From Octopus sinensis (lineage: Eukaryota): DNA of 64,000 nucleotides. Below the pieces are notes generated by a model that saw nothing but the letters and a program-made list of their open reading frames with translations, was not told the DNA's origin and searched no databases. The translations under genes and the position numbers were made by a program. Shown here piece after piece: positions 12,052 through 23,740 of the stretch. The DNA lies in NCBI RefSeq assembly GCF_006345805.1, contig NC_042997.1, positions 186,992,001 through 187,056,000 on the forward strand. The letters are read 5' to 3'. Position 1 is the stretch's first letter. Each line of letters begins with the position of its first letter.

Positions 12052-14212
12052 GGGGTAGAAGACAACTGGACGTTTCTGAGGGACAACCTGCTGAAAGCCG
12101 CTGACCAGATCTGTGGCTGGTGCAAAGTCCCCTTAAGACCCAAAATAACGTGGTGGTGGAACAATATTGTTGACAGGGCTATTAGACAAAAGAAACAGGC
12201 TTGGAAGGCCTGGAAGAACGGTGGTAGCAGGGAAGGGTATCAGACTGCCAGAAGGGAAGCTAGGAGACAGGTCTATCTAGCCAGAGGGGAAGCAGATAAG
12301 AGAAAATTTGCCAATGTCCTGCGCCGTGAGGATGAAAGACTTGAGGTATTTCGTGTTGCAAGACAGTGTGTGAGAGAGAATCGTGATGTGGTAGCAGAGA
12401 AATGTGTTCGCATGGAGGATGGTTCACTTGCGCTAAATGAGGATGCAAAGAGAGAAGCTTGGAGACGCCACTATGAAAGGTTACTGAATGAGGAAAATGA
12501 ATGGGATAAAGAGAGTCTGCCGAATGTTGACCCTACAGAGGGACCAGCATCCGAGTTGATAGTTCCGTGGTAGCTAAGGCAATTAGAAGCATGAAGACAG
12601 GGAAAGCCCCAGGCCCATCAGGAATTACTGCAGAGATGCTCAAAATATCTGGCAGTGTCGGCTATAACCTAGTCACCGTATAGTCAACCAGGTGATACAC
12701 GAAGGAGTCATACCCAATGACTGGCAGCAGCAGCATACTAGTCAACTGCTACAAAGGTAAAGGTGATGCCCTAGATACAAATAATTACAGAGGTATCAAG
12801 CTGTTGGATCAAGTAATGAAGGTTACGGAGAGGGTCATAGCCCAACTAATTAGAGAGAGAGTTAGTTTAGATGAGATGCAGTTTGGGTTCGTGCCAGGGA
12901 AAAGTACCACTGATGCTATATTCCTGGTAAGGCAGCTGCAGGAGAAATACCTAGCCAAAGATAAGCCCCTGTACCTGGCTTTCGTTGACATGGAGAAAGC
13001 TTTTGATAGGGTCCCCCGATCCCTTATCTGGTGGTCAATGAGGAAACTAGGGATAGATGAAGCTGGTGAGGACTGTGCAAGCCATGTACAGAGATGCCGT
13101 AAGTAAGGTTAGGGTTGGCAACATGTACACAGAAGAATTCAAAGTAGAGGTTGGGGTCCACCAGGGTTCAGTACTCAGCCCCTCCTATTTATCATAGTAC
13201 TCCAGGCAATTACGGAGGAATTCAAGACAGGCTGTCCCTGGGAGCTCCTCTACGCTGACGACCTTGCTCTTATTGCTGAGTCACTATCAGAACTGGAGGA
13301 AGAAGTTCCAGGTGGAAGGAGGGGGGTTTAGAATCAAGGGGCCTTAGAGTCAACCTAGCTAAACACAAAGTACTAATAAGTAGAAAGGTAGACAATCCAC
13401 AAATATCTTCAGGAAGATGGCCCTGCTCGATCTGTAAAAAAGGTGTAGGTAGTAGAAAACTCTATAAGATGTACCCAGTGTAAGCTATGGACACATAAGA
13501 GGTGCAGCAATGTCAAAGGTAGGCTAACTGGGAAGATAGTTTTTGTATGTGGCAGATGCTCGGGAGCATTAACCTCCGAAAATCTGCAGAAAACAACTTC
13601 CGTCACTTTCCAGGGGGAAAAACTAGAAGTAGTTGATAGCTTCCGTTATCTAGGTGACCAAGTCAGTAGTGGGGGTGGGTGCACTGAAAGTGTAACTGCT
13701 AGAATAAGAATAGCCTGGGCAAAGTTTAGGAGCTCTTACCTCTGCTGGTGACTAAAGGCCTCTCGCTCAGAGTAAAAGGCCGACTGTATGATGCGTGTGT
13801 ACGAACAGCCATGCTACATGGCAGCGAAACATGGGCCGTGACTGCTGAGGACATGCGTAAGCTCGTGAGGAATGAAGCCAGTATGCTCTGATGGATGTGT
13901 AATGTCAGTGTACATACTCGACAGAGTGTTAGCACCTTGAGAGAAATGTTGTACCTAAGAAGCATCAGTTGTGGTGTGCAAGAGAGACGATTGCGCTGGT
14001 ATGGTCATGTGGCGAGAATGGATGAAGATAGGTGTGTGAGAAAGTGCCAATCCCTGGCAGTTGAGGGAACCCGTGGAAGAGGTAGACCCAGGAAAACCTG
14101 GGACGAGGTGGTGAAGCACGACCTTCGAAATTTAGGCCTCACTGAGGAAATGACCAGAGACCGAGACCTTTGGAAATATTCTGTACGTGAGAAGACCAGG
14201 CAGGACAAGTGA
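12052..14212 (+). pseudogene. Frameshifted RTE ORF (linker, reverse transcriptase, inserted PHD-like finger, thumb)
   Basis: Motifs TWWWN, GKAPGPSG, YKGKGD..NYRGIKLL, QFGFVPGKSTTDAIF, AFVDMEKAFDRVP, GVHQGSVLSP, LLYADD (YADD 13251-13262), FRYLG, YGHVAR, RGRGRPRKTW; several indels and a TGA. Confidence 0.92.
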
Positions 14213-14300
14213 GCCCAGCCCACTTATGAATGCCTTTCCTCCCTTGGACACAAAAGACCGTTGAGGCAAGTGAAGTCGATAAGAACCTCATCCGAACCGC

Positions 14301-14752
14301 CGACAGACACCCATGCCAACCCCCATGCTTGTGAAGACATGTTGGGGCAAGCGAAATCGAAATCGAAACCGAATTGAACCAGCCAGGATCCCTGGCCTGG
14401 TGGTACGTAAAAAGCACTATCCGACTCGTGGCCGTGGCACGTAAAATACTCCAATGCGACCGTACGACAGGCACCCATGCCAACCCCCTTTGCTTGTGAA
14501 GACATGTTGGGGCAAGCGAAATCGAAATCGAATTGAACCAGCCAGGATCCTGGTCTGGTGGTACGTAAAAAGCACTATCCGACTCGTGGCCGTGGCACGT
14601 AAAATACTCCAATGCGACCGTACGACAGGCACCCATGCCAACCCCCTTTGCTTGTGAGGACATGTTGGGGCAAGCGAAATCGAAATCGAATTGAACCAGC
14701 CAGGATCCTGGTGTCTGGTGGTACGTAAAAAGCACTATCCGACTCGTGGCCG
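14301..14752 (+). repeat. ~160-bp tandem repeat (about 2.8 units) in the RTE 3' UTR
   Basis: Units start cgacag at 14301, 14465 and 14623 and are near-identical. Confidence 0.9.
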
Positions 14753-15085
14753 ATGCCAGCCACCGCCTCGACTGGCTTCCGTGCCGGTGTGGCACATAAA
14801 ATACACCAATCTGACCGTGGCTGTTGCCAGCCCCGCCTGGCACCTGTGCAGGTGGCACGTAAAAAGCACCCACTACACTCACGGAGTGGTTGGCATTAGG
14901 AAGGGCATCCAGCTGTAGAAACATTGCCAGATTAGACTGGAGCCTGGTGCAGCCTTCTGGCTTCCCAGAACCCCGGTCGAACCGTCCAACCCATGCTAGC
15001 ATGGAGAACGGACGTTAAACGACGATGATGATGATGATGATATACATATAATATATATATATATACATATATATATAATATATAC

Positions 15086-15134
<49 letters not shown>

Positions 15135-15154
15135 ATATATATACATATATATAC

Positions 15155-15187
<33 letters not shown>

Positions 15188-15206
15188 CATATATATATAT
15201 ATTACA

Positions 15207-15276
<70 letters not shown>

Positions 15277-15306
15277 CATATATATACATTATAAAATACA
15301 TATACA

Positions 15307-17708
15307 TGGAAAGCTTTTTACTATAATTTTTATTTATTTAATGATATTGATAGTAGGAATGATAATTATACCTCTAAATTTAAATCTAGAAAGGAACCTC
15401 CATTTAATAAAGAATTACAATTACTTGAAGATAGTATATGGAAGGTGGTAAAAAATATTGAATTCCATAAATACCCAAATAGAAATAATGAATATTTAAG
15501 GAATTTAGCAATTAAAATTAAAGGTATGAGAAATATGGATAGTATTATAGTACAATCTGATAAAACAAGGAACTTATATAAATTAGATGTTAAATTATAT
15601 GATAAACTATTAGGGAAAGAAATAATTAAAAAATATAAAATTGTTCCAGATGATATTCTTTATAATATTAATAAGGCCTCTAAGTAGTAATTGTTAAAAT
15701 ATGAGTTGGATAATAAAACTGAACCTTATGTACCTTTGCACCCCAGAATACTCTTAAAGACCATAAAGATAATTTTTATTCAGACCCTAAAGTTAGATTA
15801 ATTTGCCCATGTAAATCGGACCTAGGTAAATTAAGTAAATTTATTTTAGATAATATATTGATAAGTTAAATAAACTTAATTATTTAAAATTATGGTTTAG
15901 TAATAATAATACATTGAAATGGTTTAATAATATTAAAGATAAAAATCGTTATAAATTTATTCAAATAGATATAGATAATTATTATTCTTCTATTAATGAA
16001 ATTGTGTTTAATAAAGCGCTTATTTTCGCAATGAATAAAGTGGGCATGTCACGGGAAGAAGTTAATGTAATTAAATTGGCTAGGAAATCGCTAATTAATA
16101 TAAAAATAAATTATGGGCTAGGAATGATACTAGAGATTGTTTTGATATACCTATGGGAGCACCAGATTCTGCACAGGCTACTGATTTAGTAGGTATTTTT
16201 CTTTTATCTGAACTCCAATTAGAAAATCTTAAGATAGAGGGTGGTGGTTTATATAGAGACGATCTTCTACTAGTTACAAAGAATTGTACTAATAGGAATC
16301 TAGAAGTATATAAGAAAAAAAACTATATAGTTTCTTTAAAAGATATGGTTTACGTATTACTATATATAAGGAGAATTATAATGTTAATTATTTAGATGTT
16401 AATTTTAATCTTATTACAGGTAAAACACAACCATATCATAAACTTAATGAGAACCTTAGATATATAAATGTTAATAGTAATCACCCATTTTCTATTAAAA
16501 AATCGTTGATTAATAATATAAGTAAACGTATTTCATTACTCTCTTATGATATAGAGATTTTTAATAAACATGCTAATTATTATAATGAGGCCCTTAGAGG
16601 GGCAGGTTATAATAAGAATATTAAATTTTATAATATTAGCGATAATGATTTAAAATGAAATTTTCGAGATACTTCTAATAATAATTATAATTGTTACGTT
16701 TAGTGGTAAAAATAAGATATTATAAAAAAAAATAATAAAATGATAAAAATATAATAAGAATAATAATAATAATAATAAATATAATAATATAATATAATAA
16801 GAATAATATAAATAAAAAAATAAATTTAATAATTATATAATAATTATATTGATAAATTAATAATATTAATAATTCCTTAAATGCTGTACATAGATATAAT
16901 TCTGATAATAATTTTAATAAAATAAAGAATTATAAATATATTTATAATAATGATAATAATAATAAGGTTAATAAGAATAAAATTTGGTAATAGTTCCTTA
17001 TGGAGATCAAGTTAAAACGAATATTATTAAAGAGATTTTAGATGTTATAGAACTATTTATTAGAGATAATCGTAAATATAGAAACATTTTTTTTCTATTT
17101 TAATAAGTTTTTGGAGTTGGTAACATTATTTCTTCATTTAATAAATATAAACTGAATAATTTTTATAAAAAGAAATTATTTGATAATAATATTAATAATG
17201 ATAAGACTTATATTAATTGTACATGTAGAGATAAATCTAATTGTATATTAAATAATAATTGTGATATTAAAGATGTAGTGTATAAATGTATAGTTACATT
17301 ACATGATAATAACTTTAAGAATAATAATTACACAAAAGCGGTTTATATAGGTTCTACTTCCTCAAAAATAAAACTAAGAATTGCACAACATATGAATTCT
17401 TTTAAAAATAAAAACTTAATCAACTCAACCGGACTTAGTAAGTATATTTGGAGTCTTAAATCACTAAATATTAATTATAGTTTAATATGGGAAATAATTG
17501 TAAAACTAAATCATATAATATAGGAGCTAATTGTTGTTATTTATGCTCTAATGAGTTTAAAGAAATTTTATTTTATAAGTATGATAATTTACTTAATACT
17601 GGGGAGGAGCGCAAAATAAAATGTAGACACAAGTTACTTTACTTATATATAAGTTTCATGATAAATAGCAATAATAGTTCCCTTTTAGGTTATTTTAGTT
17701 TAGTTTAA
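15307..17708 (+). pseudogene. Frameshifted Penelope-like RT-GIY-YIG ORF
   Basis: WKAF..FKS..PP, SDKTRNLY, FIQIDIDNYYSSI, MGAPDSAQATDLVG, GLYRDD (YRDD 16252-16263), YLDV, SNHP, CxCx5C (17218-17244), VVY...VYIGST..KLRIAQH, LSKYIW, CYLC..E, LLN..CRH. Confidence 0.88.
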
Positions 17709-20700
17709 ATTAGTTTAGATGATATATTTGGTTATGTTGTCTAGGATTTAATTATAGTTAGTCTTTATTGATATTTCTTTGTTTTAATTAGTTCATTTTT
17801 AATGTATATTAATTTAGCAGTTTATGGTACGTTAAAACTTTAATAATTTATATTAGATTTTTTTATTTTTATTTTTATTTTTATTATTTTATTTTATTAT
17901 GTATTTTTATTTTGCATTTGTTATATGTATTTTGAGGATATATTTATATGTTTTTGGGTGTTATTTAGTGGTGTTTTTATTGAGTTTTGTATGTATGTGT
18001 GAATGTTTAAGATCCCTTTGTTTTTTGTTTTTTATTTGTATGTTGAATTGACAGATTTTATTTGGGTATTGTCTTTTATAATAAAGTACACACCCATAAC
18101 AATTATAAGTGCCCACTTCATTCGTTGTACTTGGGTTTGCATGTGAGCCTCAGCATATGCACCTAACGGCCACTCCAGCCCCACATGGATAAATAAACAC
18201 ATACATCCCCTAAAAATAATAATAAAAAAAAAAATAAATAAATAAAAAAAAAAATAAAAATAAAAAAATAAAAAAAAAAAAAAAAATAAAAAAAAAAAAA
18301 AAAAAAAAAAATAAAAAAAAAAAAATAAAAAAAAAAATAAAAAAAAATGGGAGTAATCCCATTCACACCAATTATATGTATACAATTATACACACTTGAA
18401 TAATACATACTAGCCCTAATATACAGAACATACTAATAATCACCAACTAACCACCATCACAAATGAAACCCACACCCATACAATGACAAAACTCCCCCAT
18501 ACCCTATTTACACCTACATAGTAATCCCAATATATTCTTCCATACATGGACGCAAGTGCGTGAAGCACACATGAACATAATTAGTACGTACAACCCCTAA
18601 TACACACTAATATATACGTATCAAGCTCGACCTCCACAGTGATAAGTTTACACACAATCACACCCAGATGGGTGAATTGCACAACCAGTGAATGCTCACA
18701 CATACGGGCGCGATTACATTGTTGCATATATCGAGCCAAAATAGTATGCATATGTACATGTGGGGGGTACACGTAAATGAAGTGAGCGTGTGTACCCCCT
18801 GTATTTATACCCGTGCGTGAATATACACATGGAGACTACCACACAGGTACAAATGTGTTTAGAAATGGGAGCCCCATCACTACACTTAATGTATACTCTC
18901 ATCCATCCGCACGGATGTGTAAGTGTATCTCCGGGTTATATGTTGAGGCTTATATGTAGAGTTGTTGAAGGGAACGTCGTTGAAATTGTGAATGAATGCG
19001 TAGAGTTGGGAATTGTAACCGGGTGGTGGACTAGTGTTGCTTGGAATTGTGAATGGATTAGGGTGGTAATGAGGTAGGCATTGAGTTTGGGTTACTGTAA
19101 GTTGTTTGTTAGAGTTACAAGGGTGAGCTAAAGCTCATAAATGTATATAATTGATTTTTCATGATAGTTTTTAAAGAATCCATTCATAATAAATTTTTTT
19201 AAGTAGCGTTGGTTTGCTACGTGGAAATAGTTTTTAGTTCCATTTATTATATTTCTCCATTCATACTATGAATGACGTTTACTTTCTATGGCGCGTATTC
19301 TTTTTTTACATTAGTTATTTCCATGGTAACGTAATTTTGTTTGGTTTTTTAACGGCTAATAATCTAATTTCACTTCATAATTTGTAACTGAATTGTAAGT
19401 ATGTATTTGATTTATCCTTATGTCATAATGTTATTTTTGATATTCTGGTTAATTACGATGTATTTTATTGTGTTCATAAGAGTGTTTATGTATATGAGAT
19501 TGGTTGTGAGTTTTTAATTGTATAATTAATTTATTTATCTGTATGAGTGTGGATGTAAATATTGTTGTATATATCGAGTTTTAGTGAGTATGTATATGCG
19601 TATATGTGAGGGAGCATATGTATCTGTTGTGTGTGTGTGTGTTTTTGCGTGTGTGTGTGTTTGTGTGTGAATGTGTATTTGGGTTTGTTATTTAGGATTT
19701 GGGATGTATGTGTTAATTTGTCTGTGTGGGGAGGGAGTGGTTTTTGGTGTATAGGTTTATAAGTTAGTATAGGTTGTGTATAAGTCTTGGGTCTTTGGTC
19801 TGGGGTTTACGTGTGGTGTTTTGTGTGTGAATGTTTAGGTTAGGGGGATTGCTATATAAGTTTGTTATAGGGTTTAGCAAAGGGAGATTTTATCGTTATA
19901 TGCTTTTATGAGTTTTGGTTTATCATGGTTTTTTTAGGTAATTTGTGGTATTTTGTCTATTTTAGGTGTTGGTTATTTTTTTACATTGTTTCATTCATAA
20001 TTTTTGAGTGGTGTTCGTTTTGCCACGTGAATAACCGGGTGGTGGACTAGCGTTGCTTGGAATGTGAATGGAATAGTGTAGTAGTGAGGTAGGCATAGAG
20101 AATGGGATTGGGTTACTGCAAGTTGTTTGTTAGAGATGCTAAGGTGAGTTAAAGCTCATAAATGTATATAATGTTTTTGTGGGTGTGTAAGTATTGTTGT
20201 ATATGTCGAGTTTAGTGAGTATGTATAGGCGTATATGTGAGGGAGTATATGTATCTTTTGTGGTGAGTGTTTTGCGTGTGAGTGTGTGTTTTGTGTGTGA
20301 ATGTGTATATGGGTTGTTATTTAGGTTTTGGGATGTATGTGTTAATTTGTCTGTGTGGGGAGGGAGTGGGTTTTGGTGTATATTGAGGTTTATAAGTTAG
20401 TATAGGTATGTGTATAAGTCGTGAGTCTGTGGTTTACGTGTGTGTTATTTGTGTGTGAATGTTTAGGTTAGGGTTTTTACTTTATAGGTTTGTTATAGAG
20501 TTTAGCAAAGGGAGATTTTATCGTTATATGTTTTTAAGAGTTTTGTTTTATCATGGTTTTTTTAGGGAATTCGTGGGAATTAGTCTATATTTTCGATATG
20601 GATTATATATAGGTTATATATGGATTATATACTTATATTTTTTCATTTATACTTTAATATTTTAAAGTATTATTTATATTTTAAAATTTTGATTTTTTAG

Positions 20701-20709
20701 ATTGGAAGT

Positions 20710-20752
20710 CCACCTGAAGATTGTCGATCAAGACAAGAAACGATTGTAGTGG
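20710..20752 (+). ncRNA. Minimal type I hammerhead ribozyme
   Basis: ccac-CTGAAGA-ttgtc(gatcaa)gacaa-GAAA-c(gatt)g-TA-gtgg: stems I, II, III and all core nucleotides present. Confidence 0.88.
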
Positions 20753-20936
20753 CGGTTTTTTGACTATTATTAAATTTTATGTATTGATTAAGTCTTTCCT
20801 TGTTTGTTTTGCAAAATAGTGGTTTTGTCTCAAATAATATTTTATACATATACATATATATATATACATATACATATACATATATATATACATATACCAT
20901 ATACATATACAATATATATATATAACATATATATAC

Positions 20937-21011
<75 letters not shown>

Positions 21012-21754
21012 GATGTATCTGTGTCTGTGTGAATATCTGTGTATTTCTTTAAATTTGCACATTGTTATCATCATCATCATCATTACCATCACCACCATCA
21101 TCATTATCATCATCATCATCATTTAATACCTATTGTACATGAGCAGGTAAGCTGAGGGGCTGCACCTGACTCCAGTCTGATTTCGCATGGTTTCTACGGC
21201 TGGATACCCTTCCTAACACCAACAACTCTGAGGGTGTAATGGGTGCTTTTACATGCCAGTTCTCTGAAACTTGCGAGCTTTGAATGGTGATGTTGCTGTC
21301 ATTTCTTCTATCAAGAAATTCTTCGTTGGGTTTTCACCTTCAAAGACATATCAATAAGAGATCCTTTTCTTGAAAAACAGGCAGGGGTGGGTGACAAGAA
21401 GGGCATCTGGCTGTAAAATCATATTGATAATATATTCCCCTAACCCATGCTAGTACAGAAAAAGAGACACAAAACATTAAGAAATGAAATTTATATTTGT
21501 GATTGTGAGTGTGTGTGTAGATAAATAAATGTCAACTAAAACATTGTAATCAGTATCTCTGAATTATCTGAAAAAGAGAGGTAGTGTTAGTTCATACAAA
21601 TAAAACATTTTAGGCTTATTTTTGAGAGAGTGAAAGAGAAATATGACGGTGCAGTTTAATGTACTTGGGAACATTGTCATACAATATTTGATGGATTTGC
21701 AATTCAAATCCTCACCAGAGACCCGTCATTGTTTTCCCCTTCAGAATACTCTAT

Positions 21755-22165
21755 AGGTACAGGAGTGGCTGTGTGGTAAGTAGCTTGCTTACCAACCACA
21801 TGGTTCCAGGTTCAGTCCCACTGTGTGCCACCTTGGGCAAGTGTCTTCTACTATAGCCTCGGGCTGACCAAAGCCTTGTGAGTGGATTTGGTAGACGGAA
21901 ACTGAAAGAAGCCCGTCATATATATGTATATATATATGTGTGTATATGTTTGTGTGTCTGTGTTTGTCCCCACCAACACTGCTTGACAACCTATGCTGGT
22001 GTGTTTACGTCCCCGTAATCTAGCAGTTCGACAAAAGACACTGATAGAATAAGTACTAGGCATACAAAGAATAAGTCCTGGGGTCGATTTGGTCGACTAA
22101 AGGCGGTGCTCCAGCATAGCCACAGTCAAATGACTGAAACAAGTAAGTGAGTAAATGAGTAATGA
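21755..22165 (+). mobile_element. SINE-A, full length
   Basis: Matches 6967-7390. Confidence 0.9.
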
Positions 22166-22639
22166 GTATTGAAATTTTAGTCATTAATTAGTTATTTTTT
22201 AATAAAAGGAAGTTCCTATTAGCTTGTTAAACCAATTGATACTTGATGGTTATTGATCATCAATATTTGCAAGAGTTTCCCAAATAAAGTTGAAGGATTT
22301 CCTCTTTTTATTAATAAGAAGTTCATGCAGATAAGATGTAATAATTCACACAAGGAGAGGAAGGAGAGAGGGAGAGAAGGCAGTGCATGTCTCTCAAGAG
22401 AGAACTTTGAATCACTAAGGAATCCAGGAATACATGCGATAACTGGAGTGAGATGACACAGCGAATCTAGCAAAGCTATGCTACAATGCAGAGAGATGCA
22501 TGCATAGTCATGCATGAACACTTATGTTGAATAATTTCAGTTAAATGTTTCAATGAAAAGGTGTGTATGAATTTACAGTCATATGCTTTAGTGTGTTTGT
22601 TTATACACACACAAACACACACATTGCATTCTTAAACCT

Positions 22640-22904
22640 TTCTATTCTTTTATTCTTTTATTCTTGTTTCAGTCATTTGACTGTGGCCATGCTGGAGCAC
22701 CACCTTTTAGTCGAGCAAATCGACACCGGAACTTATTTGATTTGCAAGCCTAGTACTTGTTCTATCGTTCTCTTTTTGCCGAACTGCTAAGTTACAGGGA
22801 CGTAAACACACCAGCATCGGTTGTCAAGCAATGTTGGGGGGGGAAACACAGACACACAAACACACACACACACACACACATATATACGACGGGCTTCTTT
22901 CAGT
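22640..22904 (-). mobile_element. SINE-A, 3' two-thirds
   Basis: Reverse complement of the SINE-A body and tail; stops at gggcttctttcagt. Confidence 0.88.
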
Positions 22905-22905
22905 A

Positions 22906-23047
22906 TGGTAAGTAGCTTGCTTACAACCCACATGCTTCCAGGTTCAGTCCCACTGTGTGTCACCTTGGGTAAGTGTCTTCTACTATATAGCCTCAGGCCC
23001 ACTAAAGCCTTGTGAGTAGATTTGTTAGATGGAAACTGAAAGAAGCC

Positions 23048-23105
<58 letters not shown>

Positions 23106-23345
23106 AAGTTTGTGGGTCTGTGTTTGTCCTGCCACCATCGCTTCAACAACTGATGCTGGTGTGCTGAAGTCCCCATAACTTAGTGGTTCGGCAAAAGATA
23201 CCAATAGAATAAGTACTAGGTTTAAAAAGAATGAGTCCTGGGGTCAGTTTGTTCAACTAAAGGTGGTGCTCCAACATGGCCACAGTCAAATGACTGAAAC
23301 AAGTAAAAGAATAAAAGAGTATGTATAAAAGTATAAAAGAGTATG
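22906..23345 (+). mobile_element. SINE-A lacking the first ~20 nt
   Basis: Begins tggtaagtagcttgc directly after the inverted copy. Confidence 0.88.
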
Positions 23346-23357
23346 TATGAATAAAAG

Positions 23358-23740
23358 AGGCGCAGGAGTGGCTGTGTGGTAAGTAGCTTGTTTACCAACC
23401 ACATGGTTCCAGGTTCAGTCCCACTGCGTGGCACCTTGGGCAAGTGTCTTCTACTATAGCCTCGGGCTGACCAATGCCTTGTGAGTGGATTTGGTAGACA
23501 GAAACTGAAAGAAGCCTGTCGTATATATGTATATATATATATATATGTTTGTGTGTCTGTGTTTGTCCTCCTAGCATTGCTTGATAACCGATGCTGGTGT
23601 GTTTATGTCCCGTCACTTAGCGGTTCGGCAAAAGAGACCGATAGAATAAGTACTGGGAGTTGCTCGATTAAAGGCGGTGCTCCACCATGGCCGCAGTCGA
23701 ATGACTGAAACAAGTAAAAGAGTAAAAGAGAGTAAAGAGT
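23358..23740 (+). mobile_element. SINE-A, tandem copy with a short internal deletion
   Basis: aggcgcaggagtggctgtgtgg head through the gtaaaaga tail. Confidence 0.9.

Larger units (their letters stand above)
12052..15040 (+). mobile_element. RTE-clade non-LTR retrotransposon, 5'-truncated (no APE domain)
   Basis: RT-bearing ORF fragments, ~830-bp 3' UTR and (gat)n tail; both junctions lie in (TA)n. Confidence 0.93.
15307..20843 (+). mobile_element. Penelope-like element (C-terminal GIY-YIG, Hydra-clade-like), 5'-truncated, in (TA)n
   Basis: RT + GIY-YIG coding remnant, long 3' UTR, terminal hammerhead, TA microsatellite at both ends. Confidence 0.82.

Noticed and set aside
17218-17633. Selenoprotein-encoding (Naiad-type) Penelope element
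   Set aside because: The nuclease is C-terminal, not N-terminal, and conserved Cys codons are TGT/TGC rather than TGA.
17709-20700. Mitochondrial insertion suggested by strong G/T skew
   Set aside because: No mitochondrial protein, rRNA or tRNA motif recognisable; the segment lies between the Penelope ORF and its hammerhead.
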